The translations under genes and the position numbers were made by a program. From Gemmatimonadota bacterium (GTDB taxonomy: Bacteria; Gemmatimonadota; Gemmatimonadetes; Gemmatimonadales; GWC2-71-9), in contig JAZDCZ010000146.1 in NCBI GenBank assembly GCA_036679605.1, positions 1-17,292 of the forward strand: a stretch of DNA of 17,292 nucleotides. The letters are read 5' to 3'. Below the pieces are notes generated by a model that saw only the letters and a list, made by a program, of their open reading frames with translations, searched no databases and was not told the origin of the DNA. Positions within the stretch are counted from its first letter, which is position 1; each line of letters starts with the position of its first letter. Shown here one piece after another: positions 8,354 to 16,288 of the stretch.

Positions 8354-9220
8354 ATGACGCGGAGTGTAGTTGCAGGCTTGGTACTGGTCTCATTGGCTGT
8401 GTCCAATGCAAGTGGTGGCGAACGAATCGCATACCTCGCGTCGACCGGGAGTTACTGGCAAGTCTGGACTGTGGCACCTGACGGGGCCGAACCGAAGCCC
8501 GTCACCTCATCCAGCTACGAAAAGGCGCGCTGTTCCTGGTACCCCGACGGAAGGCATATTCTGGTAAATGCGCTCGACGGGCGCTTGTTCAAAGTGGATT
8601 CAGAGTTGGGCGACGAGACGCCTATTCCCATTCCCCTTCAGGGCACCAACGACGCAGCCGTCTCGCCTTCGGGGAAATGGATCGCGTTCTCGCTGAGCAC
8701 CGCGGGAAGCGTCGACGACAACGAGATCTGGGTCATCGATACGCACGGACAGAACCTACGGAAGCTCACACGCATGCCGGCGCTCCAGCACGACCCAGCC
8801 TGGTCGGCGGACGGGCGTTGGATCTACTTTTTATCAGGCGATGGCGGGCAGTCACACGATATCTGGCGTGTCGCGGTCGAAACCGGATCGCTCGAGCAGC
8901 TGACAGTGGCATCGCTATACCACTTCGATCTCGCACTCTCGCGGTCGGGCCAGCTCGCGTTTTCGAACAATCGGGACGGAAACTACGAGATCTACTCTCG
9001 GACCGAACAGGGACGATCCGTCCGGCTGACAAACAATCCTGCACTAGATGCTGCGCCGAGCTGGTCACCAAGCGGCGACACGCTGGTTTTCCATTCGAAC
9101 CGTGAGGGCGCGCTGAACCTGTGGCGAATGACCGCCGATGGCGAGGACCTCCGCCAGATCACGTTCCACGATGGTGGCGCGCGCCATGCGCGTTGGTCAC
9201 CGGGAGCGGCGCCTCAGTGA
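8354..9220 (+). CDS. Secreted TolB-like beta-propeller (PD40/WD40-like repeats), 288 aa
   Basis: Signal peptide MTRSVVAGLVLVSLAVSNASG. Repeated P-x-WS-x-DG-like blades (CSWYPDGRHI, AVSPSGKWIAFS, PAWSADGRWIYF, PSWSPSGDTLVFHSNREG). No TolB N-terminal domain and no tol-pal context. Confidence 0.9.
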   Translation: MTRSVVAGLVLVSLAVSNASGGERIAYLASTGSYWQVWTVAPDGAEPKPVTSSSYEKARCSWYPDGRHILVNALDGRLFKVDSELGDETPIPIPLQGTNDAAVSPSGKWIAFSLSTAGSVDDNEIWVIDTHGQNLRKLTRMPALQHDPAWSADGRWIYFLSGDGGQSHDIWRVAVETGSLEQLTVASLYHFDLALSRSGQLAFSNNRDGNYEIYSRTEQGRSVRLTNNPALDAAPSWSPSGDTLVFHSNREGALNLWRMTADGEDLRQITFHDGGARHARWSPGAAPQ

Positions 9221-10299
9221 GGATGAGACTTCGATTCGGCGTGGTCTTTGCGCTTCTGCTCGCCTTCGATTCCGCCGCAATCGAGCTGAGCCGGGTGTCT
9301 CACGAGCCGAACGAATTCGATCCATCAGGTGGTGACACCGCTCGCGTGCGCTTCGTGCTCTCGGACCCCGCACGGGTCGAGGTGCAGATCCACGATGGGC
9401 GTGGATATCAGATTCGGTTGATCTCGAGCGGCCTGTTGACAGCGGGAGACAACCATATCGATTGGGACGGTCGAGACTTTGCCGGCCGTCTCGTCCCATC
9501 AGAGGCGTACAGCTATTCGATACGGGCCACCGCCACCGATGAGACTACGACCTGGGAGGGCGCAGCAGCCAACGACAAGTTCCATTCGATCCAGGATCTC
9601 CGCTGGGACCCGGAAGCTGAGAAATTCCACTACTCACTTCGCGCAGACTCGCGCGTCCGAATCCGGATCGGGCTCGCAAACAACGGCCCGCTGCTGCGTA
9701 CGCTGCTCGATTGGGTGCCGCGTGCCGCTGGGACACGCGAACAAGCCTGGGACGGACTCGACGCATCGGGTGCCCTCGACCTGAAAGATCACGCACATCT
9801 GGTCTTCGACGCAAAAGCCTTTCCACTAGCGTCCAACGTCATCCTGATCGGGCCCACCGCCGACGAGGTGACCCTGATTTCGGACGTCCCGAAAGAGACG
9901 CCGCGACTGGCGTCCCCCAAGAGGCGCCGGCGCGTCTACGATTACCCCTATCAGTCGATTGAATCACGTCGCGACTTTCCGCTGGAACTCTCCGTGGGGC
10001 AGAAGCTGGCGCGCAGCTCTGACGGGATACCGATCGTAACGGGGCCGCTCGCCGTTAGGCTCGATGTGGCGGACGAGAGGCGGGCAGCAGTACTAAGCGA
10101 GCGCTGCGAGGTAGTCTTCTTTGTAGACGGCCGCTACGTATTCGAGACCGAGATGGGTTTCCTTCCGATGACCTGGACATGGAATCCGCAGGGCACCAAG
10201 TCCGGTGTCCACTACATCACGGCGAACCTCAGAGGCTACGAGGGGCATTTCGGGATGAGCACGTTGAAAGTGCGGGTGGGAGGCGAGGAAAACCGATGA
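9217..10299 (+). CDS. Secreted protein (~360 aa) with two FlgD-Ig-like domains and a C-terminal Ig-like domain
   Basis: GTG 9217 overlaps the upstream TGA and has GGGAG upstream (alternative ATG 9223). Signal peptide MRLRFGVVFALLLAFDSAA|I. Motifs FDPSGGDTARVRFVL...WDGRDFAGRLVPSEAYSYSI and LLRTLLDWVPRAAG...WDGLDASG. Confidence 0.88.
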   Translation: MRMRLRFGVVFALLLAFDSAAIELSRVSHEPNEFDPSGGDTARVRFVLSDPARVEVQIHDGRGYQIRLISSGLLTAGDNHIDWDGRDFAGRLVPSEAYSYSIRATATDETTTWEGAAANDKFHSIQDLRWDPEAEKFHYSLRADSRVRIRIGLANNGPLLRTLLDWVPRAAGTREQAWDGLDASGALDLKDHAHLVFDAKAFPLASNVILIGPTADEVTLISDVPKETPRLASPKRRRRVYDYPYQSIESRRDFPLELSVGQKLARSSDGIPIVTGPLAVRLDVADERRAAVLSERCEVVFFVDGRYVFETEMGFLPMTWTWNPQGTKSGVHYITANLRGYEGHFGMSTLKVRVGGEENR

Positions 10300-13200
10300 G
10301 TGCGAACCGGCCCGGAACAAAGGAAATCGTCAACTTCGCGGCATGGGTGGCGGCGTATTTGGTGTTCGCCGTCCCCGCTCTGGCTCACGACTTCGGCGAG
10401 GCGGCAGTCGGCCAATCGGAGGAACTGCCGAAATCCGAACCGGCACTTCCTTGTGACGAAAATTCGTGCTGCCCGGCTGCCGGGTCCAACGGCAACAGCA
10501 CTGGGGAGGCATCGCAAGCGACCACGACCAACGCTGACGGAACCGGGAGCACGAACGTTTGTGGCAAGGGCGGCGACCCTGTCGATGGCTTCACCGGCCG
10601 CTTCACTCACACCCAGGTAGATCTCGTGGTTGATGGCGTCTACCCAATCCGTTTCGTTCGTCGCTACGACAGCCAGAGCGAATACGACTCGCCGCTCGGC
10701 TACGGCTGGACTCACGGCTACGACGTGCGGTTGTTCGAGTACACCGACGGCTCGTTCGTCGTTCGGACGCGCGACGGGGTGCGCATCCACTACGAGTCGA
10801 CCTACGACCATGCGAACAAGGGACGCGGCCGAGCCCCCATGCTGAGTGAAGAACCGGGCGCCGGCACGTTTACGCTGCGTTACCCGAACGGTGAACAACA
10901 GTTCTTCGACGCCGAGGGTCGCCTTACCGCGCAGCAGGATCCCCAAGGCAATCGGTTGGAGATGAGCTATACGCCCGATCCCCTCCTTGATCCCGTCAAG
11001 ATGCCTTTGATGGGCCGATCACCATACGCCGTCGACCCCGCTGCCACGCTGATGGTCGCTGAGCTCTATCAACTCACGAAAATCGAAGAACGCACGAAAG
11101 ACGGCACAAAGACAGGCCGACAGCTCGAGTTCCAATACGACTCTGCGACCGGACGATTGACGACCGTCGAAAGCGATGACGGCCGTCAAGTGAAGTTCTT
11201 CCAAACATCCGACGTTGAAACCGAAGATCGGGGCGACCTGGCGCGCGTCGAAGGACTCGAGGGGATCGATTCAAACTATCTCTACGACAGCGACCACAAC
11301 CTGACCCAGTTTGAGGATGCACTCGGTGAAACGCCGACGGTCAACGTATACGATGCCTCGGATCGGGTGATGACCCAGACGCGCGGCGATCGTTCCTGGG
11401 CGTTTGACTACGACGCACAACCCAATATCACGACCGTCACTCGTACCATCAAAGTCGGAGAAACCCAGAAATTCGCGATCACGGACTTCACGTTCGATGC
11501 GTTTGGCCAGTTGATTCAGAAGGTCGACGCGCTCGGAAACCGGATCGACTACAACCGGGCCGTGCCGGACCGCCATTTCTTGACTCAAGTCGTCGTCCAG
11601 CGAAATGATGGGGGTACCAGAGCAAATCCAAGCTTGGTCTCGGAGAAGACGATCGATCTTACGTACTTCCCTGATGGCAATCTAGAAACCCGCAGCGCAA
11701 CGATCGGTGCCGGTACTCTGACCGAAAGCTGGACCTACGACAGCGACTGGGTCAGTTCGTATCAACGTGTCTGGGACATCGAGCCGACGAAGGTATTCAA
11801 AACCGAATACACCTTCGAATACGATACCGGCGGCCTTCCGACCAACGTCATCGAGATCAAACGCAAGATCTCGATGGGCGTGTTCGAGACCACGACACTC
11901 GACTACGACGATGACACGGGACAGCTGTCATCGATTACCCCGCCCGCACTCACGCCAAATGATGGTTTCAAGATCGTGCGCACCTACTATCCCACCAACA
12001 CGATGAACGGAAATGCCGGCCTGCTCCACGAGGCCTACATCGAGTTCCCGGAAGATCCGGGCCCCGCGAATCAAGACTACCTCGCGCGCACTCTTGTCTA
12101 CGATTCGAAGAGTCACCCCGTCAGTGTCACGGATGCGCGCGACAACACGACGTCCTTCGGATACGACGCTCTGCGTCGGCTGACGACGCTGACGAATCCC
12201 GACGACGAAACGGCCGTGCTGACCTATACCGGCCCCAACGACGGGGGTGCCGACCTCGAAAACCCCGCCAACTGGACGCCGGGCCGGCTGCTGGCCCGCA
12301 TCGAGACCGGCCAGACGATGGCCGAGGGCGAAGGCCAGATTCGACGGCTCATTTACGACGCACTCGGTCGCTTGATTCGCGTCGAGCGAAAGGACGACGC
12401 GGACAATATTTCGACCTTTGCCGAACATGAATACGACAGTGACAACAACCGCACCCTGTTTCGCGACGGCGTACTGCGCGAAACCCTGTTCGACTACGAC
12501 GAACTGCTCCGTCTAACCTCGCTCATCGATGCCGACACCAACGAAACCACCTTCGGCTACGACGCCGTCGGCAATCGCACCCGTGTAACACAAGCCGATG
12601 GTGATCTGATCGAGACCACGACGCTGTTTGCCTACGATGCCCTCAACCGGCTCACCCAGGCCAATCAACAGGGTGAGTCAGCCATCACGCAGTTCGGGTA
12701 CGACGCGGCGGGCAACGTCACAAGTGTCATAGACCCAAACCAGGTCGGCGAAATACCGCCCAAGAAAACCGTCTATGCCTACGACACCCTGTCGCGCCTT
12801 CAGTCAGTCACCCAACCCGAAGGCGAAACGGTCTCCTACTGTTATGACCCCCGCGGACGCCTCGATCGGGTCATCAACGCACGCTTGCAAGGTCTCGAGT
12901 ACACCTATCTGCCGTGGAGCGGGCTCGAACAAGTCGAACATTTCGATACAGCCACGACCTGCGCTGCAGCGCTCTCCAACAGCAGTCGTACTGTCGCCTA
13001 CACGTACGACGAAAGCGCCAACCTGCTGACCACTACAGAGACCTATGAGGGCCAATCATCCGAGTTGCTCTACACCTACACCTACGACGACTTAGACCGC
13101 GTAGACACCACCATTGCCGATTTCTTGTCGGGCGCCCCCAAGCTCGACAGCGGCTACGACCGTTTCGGCAACCGCAATCTTCTAGAAGTCACCGAAGGAG

Positions 13201-14696
13201 CGCTCACATCGAGTTACGCATGGACGTACAACGACCTCGACAGGCTCCGCACGATTGACCTGCCGGGCGTACCCGTCAGCAACTACATTACCTACCTCGG
13301 CAACGACGACCTGAACACCTGGCCGCACAGCAACGGCCTGACGACGTCGTACACCTATGCCGCGGCCGGCCCCGTTCAGACGATTACCGTGAACGACCCC
13401 AGCCAACTTCATCAGCTCACTTATACACTCGACGAGGTGCTCAACGTGAAAACGCTGGTCGAACAGATCGATACCGACCCAGCGGAGACCTACACGTACG
13501 GGTATGACGGCCTATATCGGCTGACGAGCTCAAACTACCCGGCCGCCTACGGACTTCCGGCGGACGAAACCTTCGACTACGACGATGCCGGAAACCGGGA
13601 GGACACCGGCTACGCCCACGACGACGACAACCAGATCCAAACGAGCCCGGGCAAAGGGTACGTCTTCGATGCAGACGGGAATCTCACTGAAATCAACGAT
13701 GGGGTTACGCCGACCCCGAACCCGTTGCGCACCTTCGCGTGGGACACCACGAACCGCTTGACGACGACCACCGACGAACTGACGAGCGAAGTCACGACCT
13801 ATCGCTACGATCCGTTCGGCCGCCGAATCGGCAAGACTGTGGCCGGCGTCACAACCCAGTTCCTGTGGGACGGCGATCAGTTATTCGGCGAGTACGACGC
13901 CAGTGGAAACCGGTTGGTGCGATACGCATACGCAGGAGGTTTCGCGCCAGTGCAAGTGTTCTTCGGTCCTGGTAGCGAGTGCAACGACGGGCTGGACAAC
14001 GATGGTGACACGCTGACCGACTTCGTAGGCGGTGACCCCGACTGCGAGGACGCGAACGATCCAAGCGAGGGCACGGAGCTGGAAGTCCACACTGACCACC
14101 TAGACACACCCAGAATGCTGACGGACGCGTCTGGACAGGTGGTGTGGTACGCAGCGTACGAAGCCTTTGGGCAGGCGCACGTCGACTCAGATCCCGACGG
14201 TGACACCAACGACGTTGCATTCAACATTCGGTTCCCGGGGCAGTATTACGATGTGGAGACGGGGCTGCACTACAACAGGTTTAGGTATTACGACCCCAAC
14301 ATCGGCAGGTACATCTCGGCGGATCCGATTGGGCAGGCGGGCGACTTCAATATCTATCGCTATGCGCGAAATGATCCGGCGAATATCGTGGATCCGACTG
14401 GCCTCGATGTAGACATCGTCATTACGCGCAGTGGTACGACGTCGAATTCGCAAGCCGGCACGTTCACCGCCACGAGCTCGGTGGCCGGCGACTCGATCTC
14501 AGGCCACACCCTTGAGGACCCCAATCCACCCAATCCTAATCTTCCAGCACCGCCTGGGTCGTACTCTGCGCACGTAGATTCGCGTGCAGGTCGCTCCGAT
14601 CGAATCGAGCTCGACCACGTACCTGACGCTTCATATGTGCAGATTCACAGCGGCAACACCGCTGCAGATGTCGAAGGTTGTTTCGTTGTCGGGTAA
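10296..14696 (+). CDS. rhs: Rhs/YD-repeat polymorphic toxin (~1466 aa): Sec signal peptide, DUF6531-like domain, YD repeats, Rhs-associated core, DUF5675/L,D-transpeptidase-like C-terminal toxin (truncated)
   Basis: ATG 10296 overlaps the upstream TGA (ATGA) with RBS GAGGA. Signal peptide ...FAAWVAAYLVFAVPALA|H. GDPVDGFTG...RRYDSQ...LGYGWTHGY; many YDxxGRL repeats. Core RFPGQYYDVETGLHYNRFRYYDPNIGRYISADPIG...DPTGL (14391-14405). CT motif IHSGNTAADVEGCFVVG. Confidence 0.96.
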   Translation: MSANRPGTKEIVNFAAWVAAYLVFAVPALAHDFGEAAVGQSEELPKSEPALPCDENSCCPAAGSNGNSTGEASQATTTNADGTGSTNVCGKGGDPVDGFTGRFTHTQVDLVVDGVYPIRFVRRYDSQSEYDSPLGYGWTHGYDVRLFEYTDGSFVVRTRDGVRIHYESTYDHANKGRGRAPMLSEEPGAGTFTLRYPNGEQQFFDAEGRLTAQQDPQGNRLEMSYTPDPLLDPVKMPLMGRSPYAVDPAATLMVAELYQLTKIEERTKDGTKTGRQLEFQYDSATGRLTTVESDDGRQVKFFQTSDVETEDRGDLARVEGLEGIDSNYLYDSDHNLTQFEDALGETPTVNVYDASDRVMTQTRGDRSWAFDYDAQPNITTVTRTIKVGETQKFAITDFTFDAFGQLIQKVDALGNRIDYNRAVPDRHFLTQVVVQRNDGGTRANPSLVSEKTIDLTYFPDGNLETRSATIGAGTLTESWTYDSDWVSSYQRVWDIEPTKVFKTEYTFEYDTGGLPTNVIEIKRKISMGVFETTTLDYDDDTGQLSSITPPALTPNDGFKIVRTYYPTNTMNGNAGLLHEAYIEFPEDPGPANQDYLARTLVYDSKSHPVSVTDARDNTTSFGYDALRRLTTLTNPDDETAVLTYTGPNDGGADLENPANWTPGRLLARIETGQTMAEGEGQIRRLIYDALGRLIRVERKDDADNISTFAEHEYDSDNNRTLFRDGVLRETLFDYDELLRLTSLIDADTNETTFGYDAVGNRTRVTQADGDLIETTTLFAYDALNRLTQANQQGESAITQFGYDAAGNVTSVIDPNQVGEIPPKKTVYAYDTLSRLQSVTQPEGETVSYCYDPRGRLDRVINARLQGLEYTYLPWSGLEQVEHFDTATTCAAALSNSSRTVAYTYDESANLLTTTETYEGQSSELLYTYTYDDLDRVDTTIADFLSGAPKLDSGYDRFGNRNLLEVTEGALTSSYAWTYNDLDRLRTIDLPGVPVSNYITYLGNDDLNTWPHSNGLTTSYTYAAAGPVQTITVNDPSQLHQLTYTLDEVLNVKTLVEQIDTDPAETYTYGYDGLYRLTSSNYPAAYGLPADETFDYDDAGNREDTGYAHDDDNQIQTSPGKGYVFDADGNLTEINDGVTPTPNPLRTFAWDTTNRLTTTTDELTSEVTTYRYDPFGRRIGKTVAGVTTQFLWDGDQLFGEYDASGNRLVRYAYAGGFAPVQVFFGPGSECNDGLDNDGDTLTDFVGGDPDCEDANDPSEGTELEVHTDHLDTPRMLTDASGQVVWYAAYEAFGQAHVDSDPDGDTNDVAFNIRFPGQYYDVETGLHYNRFRYYDPNIGRYISADPIGQAGDFNIYRYARNDPANIVDPTGLDVDIVITRSGTTSNSQAGTFTATSSVAGDSISGHTLEDPNPPNPNLPAPPGSYSAHVDSRAGRSDRIELDHVPDASYVQIHSGNTAADVEGCFVVG
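14271..14335 (+). repeat. Rhs-core direct repeat, copy 1 (copy 2 at 15737-15801)
   Basis: 56/65 nt identical by manual alignment, including perfect 23-nt (TACAACAGGTTTAGGTATTACGA) and 17-nt (GCGGATCCGATTGGGCA) blocks. Confidence 0.9.
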
Positions 14697-14848
14697 ACGA
14701 CAGTTCCAACGCTATGAGTGCGCTCAACAATTTGATCGCTGCCGACGGTACTGGAAACATTACTGTGACCGTTGTCGGTTCGGGAAACTCCAGTGAGGCT
14801 CCGCCGAACTCCAGCCAGTCCCCTCCGAATATGAGCTACGCCCCGTGA
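14693..14848 (+). other. Out-of-frame remainder of the Rhs C-terminal toxin domain
   Basis: The -1 frame reads VNDSSNAMSALNNLIAADGTGNITVTVVGSG...YAP* (TGA 14846-14848). This is the S-x-x-A helix plus terminal beta-strand expected after the GC-x-x-VG motif in DUF5675-like proteins. Confidence 0.7.
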
Positions 14849-14914
14849 ACTCAACTTGGAAAACGATGTGATTCAGATGAGACGGCGAGATCGGCTGCGA
14901 TCCCCCTCTGTGCG

Positions 14915-15454
14915 ATGCTCGGTGCGCTCATCGCGTGTGAAGCTTCGGCTGGTGACCCTTGGGATCGCTTCCTTCTGAACCCTGGCATTGAGTCGTCGAA
15001 GGGTCTGTTGAGGGTCGTTGATGGGAGTCAATGCGGGTGGGGGAACCCAGCCAATGAAGAGGTCGCCCCCGGGCGCGTACATGGGCCGCTCTTCAATCTC
15101 ATCGCTACTGGGAATGAAGGCGCGTTCCGTGTCGGTCTGTCGGTAGTTCGATGTTTCGATGGTGGACATCTCGAGGACTTCTATCAGAGTGGCGGTCGAT
15201 TCATGGAGCAACAACCAGGACGCTTCCTGGCTGCGGTTACAGAAGAGAACGTGGCTGAATCGGACATTGCATCATTGGCTTCCAGCGTTGTCGTAGTGGA
15301 CGATCTTGACGCCGAACTCCGACAGATCGTCGAGCGAATCGAGTTACTTCGTGACCTCAATGACGAGAAAATTGCTCGCGCGCGAGCGGAGAGCCTGCGC
15401 GCGCTTCAGGTGCGCGAGACGGACTTGCGGCGGATGAAGGCGAGCCTGGAGTAG
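14915..15454 (+). CDS. Probable exported (possibly lipoprotein) immunity protein for the Rhs CT; true start may be ATG 14877 with a frameshift
   Basis: Immediately downstream of the toxin. Hydrophobic N-terminus with lipobox-like LIAC and an ASA|G site; helical body. Function inferred from position. Confidence 0.7.
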   Translation: MLGALIACEASAGDPWDRFLLNPGIESSKGLLRVVDGSQCGWGNPANEEVAPGRVHGPLFNLIATGNEGAFRVGLSVVRCFDGGHLEDFYQSGGRFMEQQPGRFLAAVTEENVAESDIASLASSVVVVDDLDAELRQIVERIELLRDLNDEKIARARAESLRALQVRETDLRRMKASLE

Positions 15455-15461
15455 CGATGCG

Positions 15462-15557
15462 GGACAACCCCCCGCCCACCCGTCCGTCCGGATCCACGCA
15501 CGATGTTCATGAGCCAGGGCCGAGCACATGGGTAACACGGAACACTGTTCCCGACCC
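15462..15557 (+). repeat. Post-immunity intergenic element, copy 1 (box A 15462-15482; box B 15524-15557)
   Basis: Box A GGACAACCCCCCGCCCACCCG matches 16951-16971 at 19/21. Box B GCACATGGGTAACACGGAACACTGTTCCCGACCC matches 17157-17190 at 28/34. Confidence 0.75.
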
Positions 15558-15574
15558 TTGTTTAGCTGCTGCAG

Positions 15575-16288
15575 TTGTGCTTGCACTCTTGCGCCGACGC
15601 CGAGCTAAGCCGAAACTCGCGTCTAGGAAAAAATGTAGATAACGGCCAATTCGTCCAGGGAGCTGCGTTGCTAACTGTGCAGTCGCACATAGGAAATCGA
15701 GTTCGTAGCCGCGAGCTGTCGTATGGACGAGTTCTTTACAACAGGTTTAGGTATTACGATCCGGGGATCGGGAGGTACATCAGTGCGGATCCGATTGGGC
15801 AAGTCGGCGGTCCCAATGTCTACAACTATGGATCCAACAACCCGGCGAACTTTGCCGATCCGCATGGCCTATTCGTAGTCACAGTTCCAGCAGCTGCGCT
15901 GGCGCTTGCGGCGGCCAGCAGTCTCGGGGCGGCCTGCTACGCCTCAGGCCTGTGTGAAGCAACAGCAGGTTTACTCGGGGATGCACTTGACGCGGCGGCT
16001 GATGCTGCAGCTGCGGCTGGTCAAATCTGTGCGAATGCGATCAATGGCGAAGACGATGACGCCGATGATTCAGCCGCGTTGGACGCGATTGAGAAGGCAT
16101 TGACCACGAAGCCCACCCAGGCCGAGAAGGATCAACAGAAGGCGAAAAAGCGAGATGCGCGAGACAAGACGGGCCGAGAACTTCTCGAAGATGCTGATGC
16201 CATCAGGCGCAACGATCCGGATCCCTTTCAGAATGCCGACAAGATGAGGCAGAGAGGCCGAAACCGGCTGCCAACTGATGACTTCTAA
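15575..16288 (+). CDS. Orphan rhs-CT module: partial Rhs core (from 15737) + DPHGL + ~138-aa alternative C-terminal toxin of unknown family
   Basis: YNRFRYYDPGIGRYISADPIGQVGGPNVYNYGSNNPANFADPHGL, then an Ala-rich hydrophobic helix and a highly charged tail. The ~54 codons before the core are not Rhs-like, so it is probably not independently translated. Confidence 0.85.
   Translation: MCLHSCADAELSRNSRLGKNVDNGQFVQGAALLTVQSHIGNRVRSRELSYGRVLYNRFRYYDPGIGRYISADPIGQVGGPNVYNYGSNNPANFADPHGLFVVTVPAAALALAAASSLGAACYASGLCEATAGLLGDALDAAADAAAAAGQICANAINGEDDDADDSAALDAIEKALTTKPTQAEKDQQKAKKRDARDKTGRELLEDADAIRRNDPDPFQNADKMRQRGRNRLPTDDF
15737..15801 (+). repeat. Rhs-core direct repeat, copy 2 (start of orphan-module homology)
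   Basis: See copy 1. Homology begins abruptly at YNRFRYYD. Confidence 0.9.

Noticed and set aside
8354..10299. Calling these genes tolB and flgD
   Set aside because: Only the propeller and Ig-like domains are shared; no tol-pal or flagellar context, and the domain architecture differs.
10236..14227. Multiple antisense/alternate-frame ORFs inside rhs (e.g. 10236..10946, 11928..12428)
   Set aside because: Typical shadow ORFs of a long repetitive gene.
14271..15801. Diversity-generating retroelement TR/VR pair
   Set aside because: Mismatches are not adenine-specific, there is no reverse transcriptase in the window, and Rhs core homology explains the repeat.
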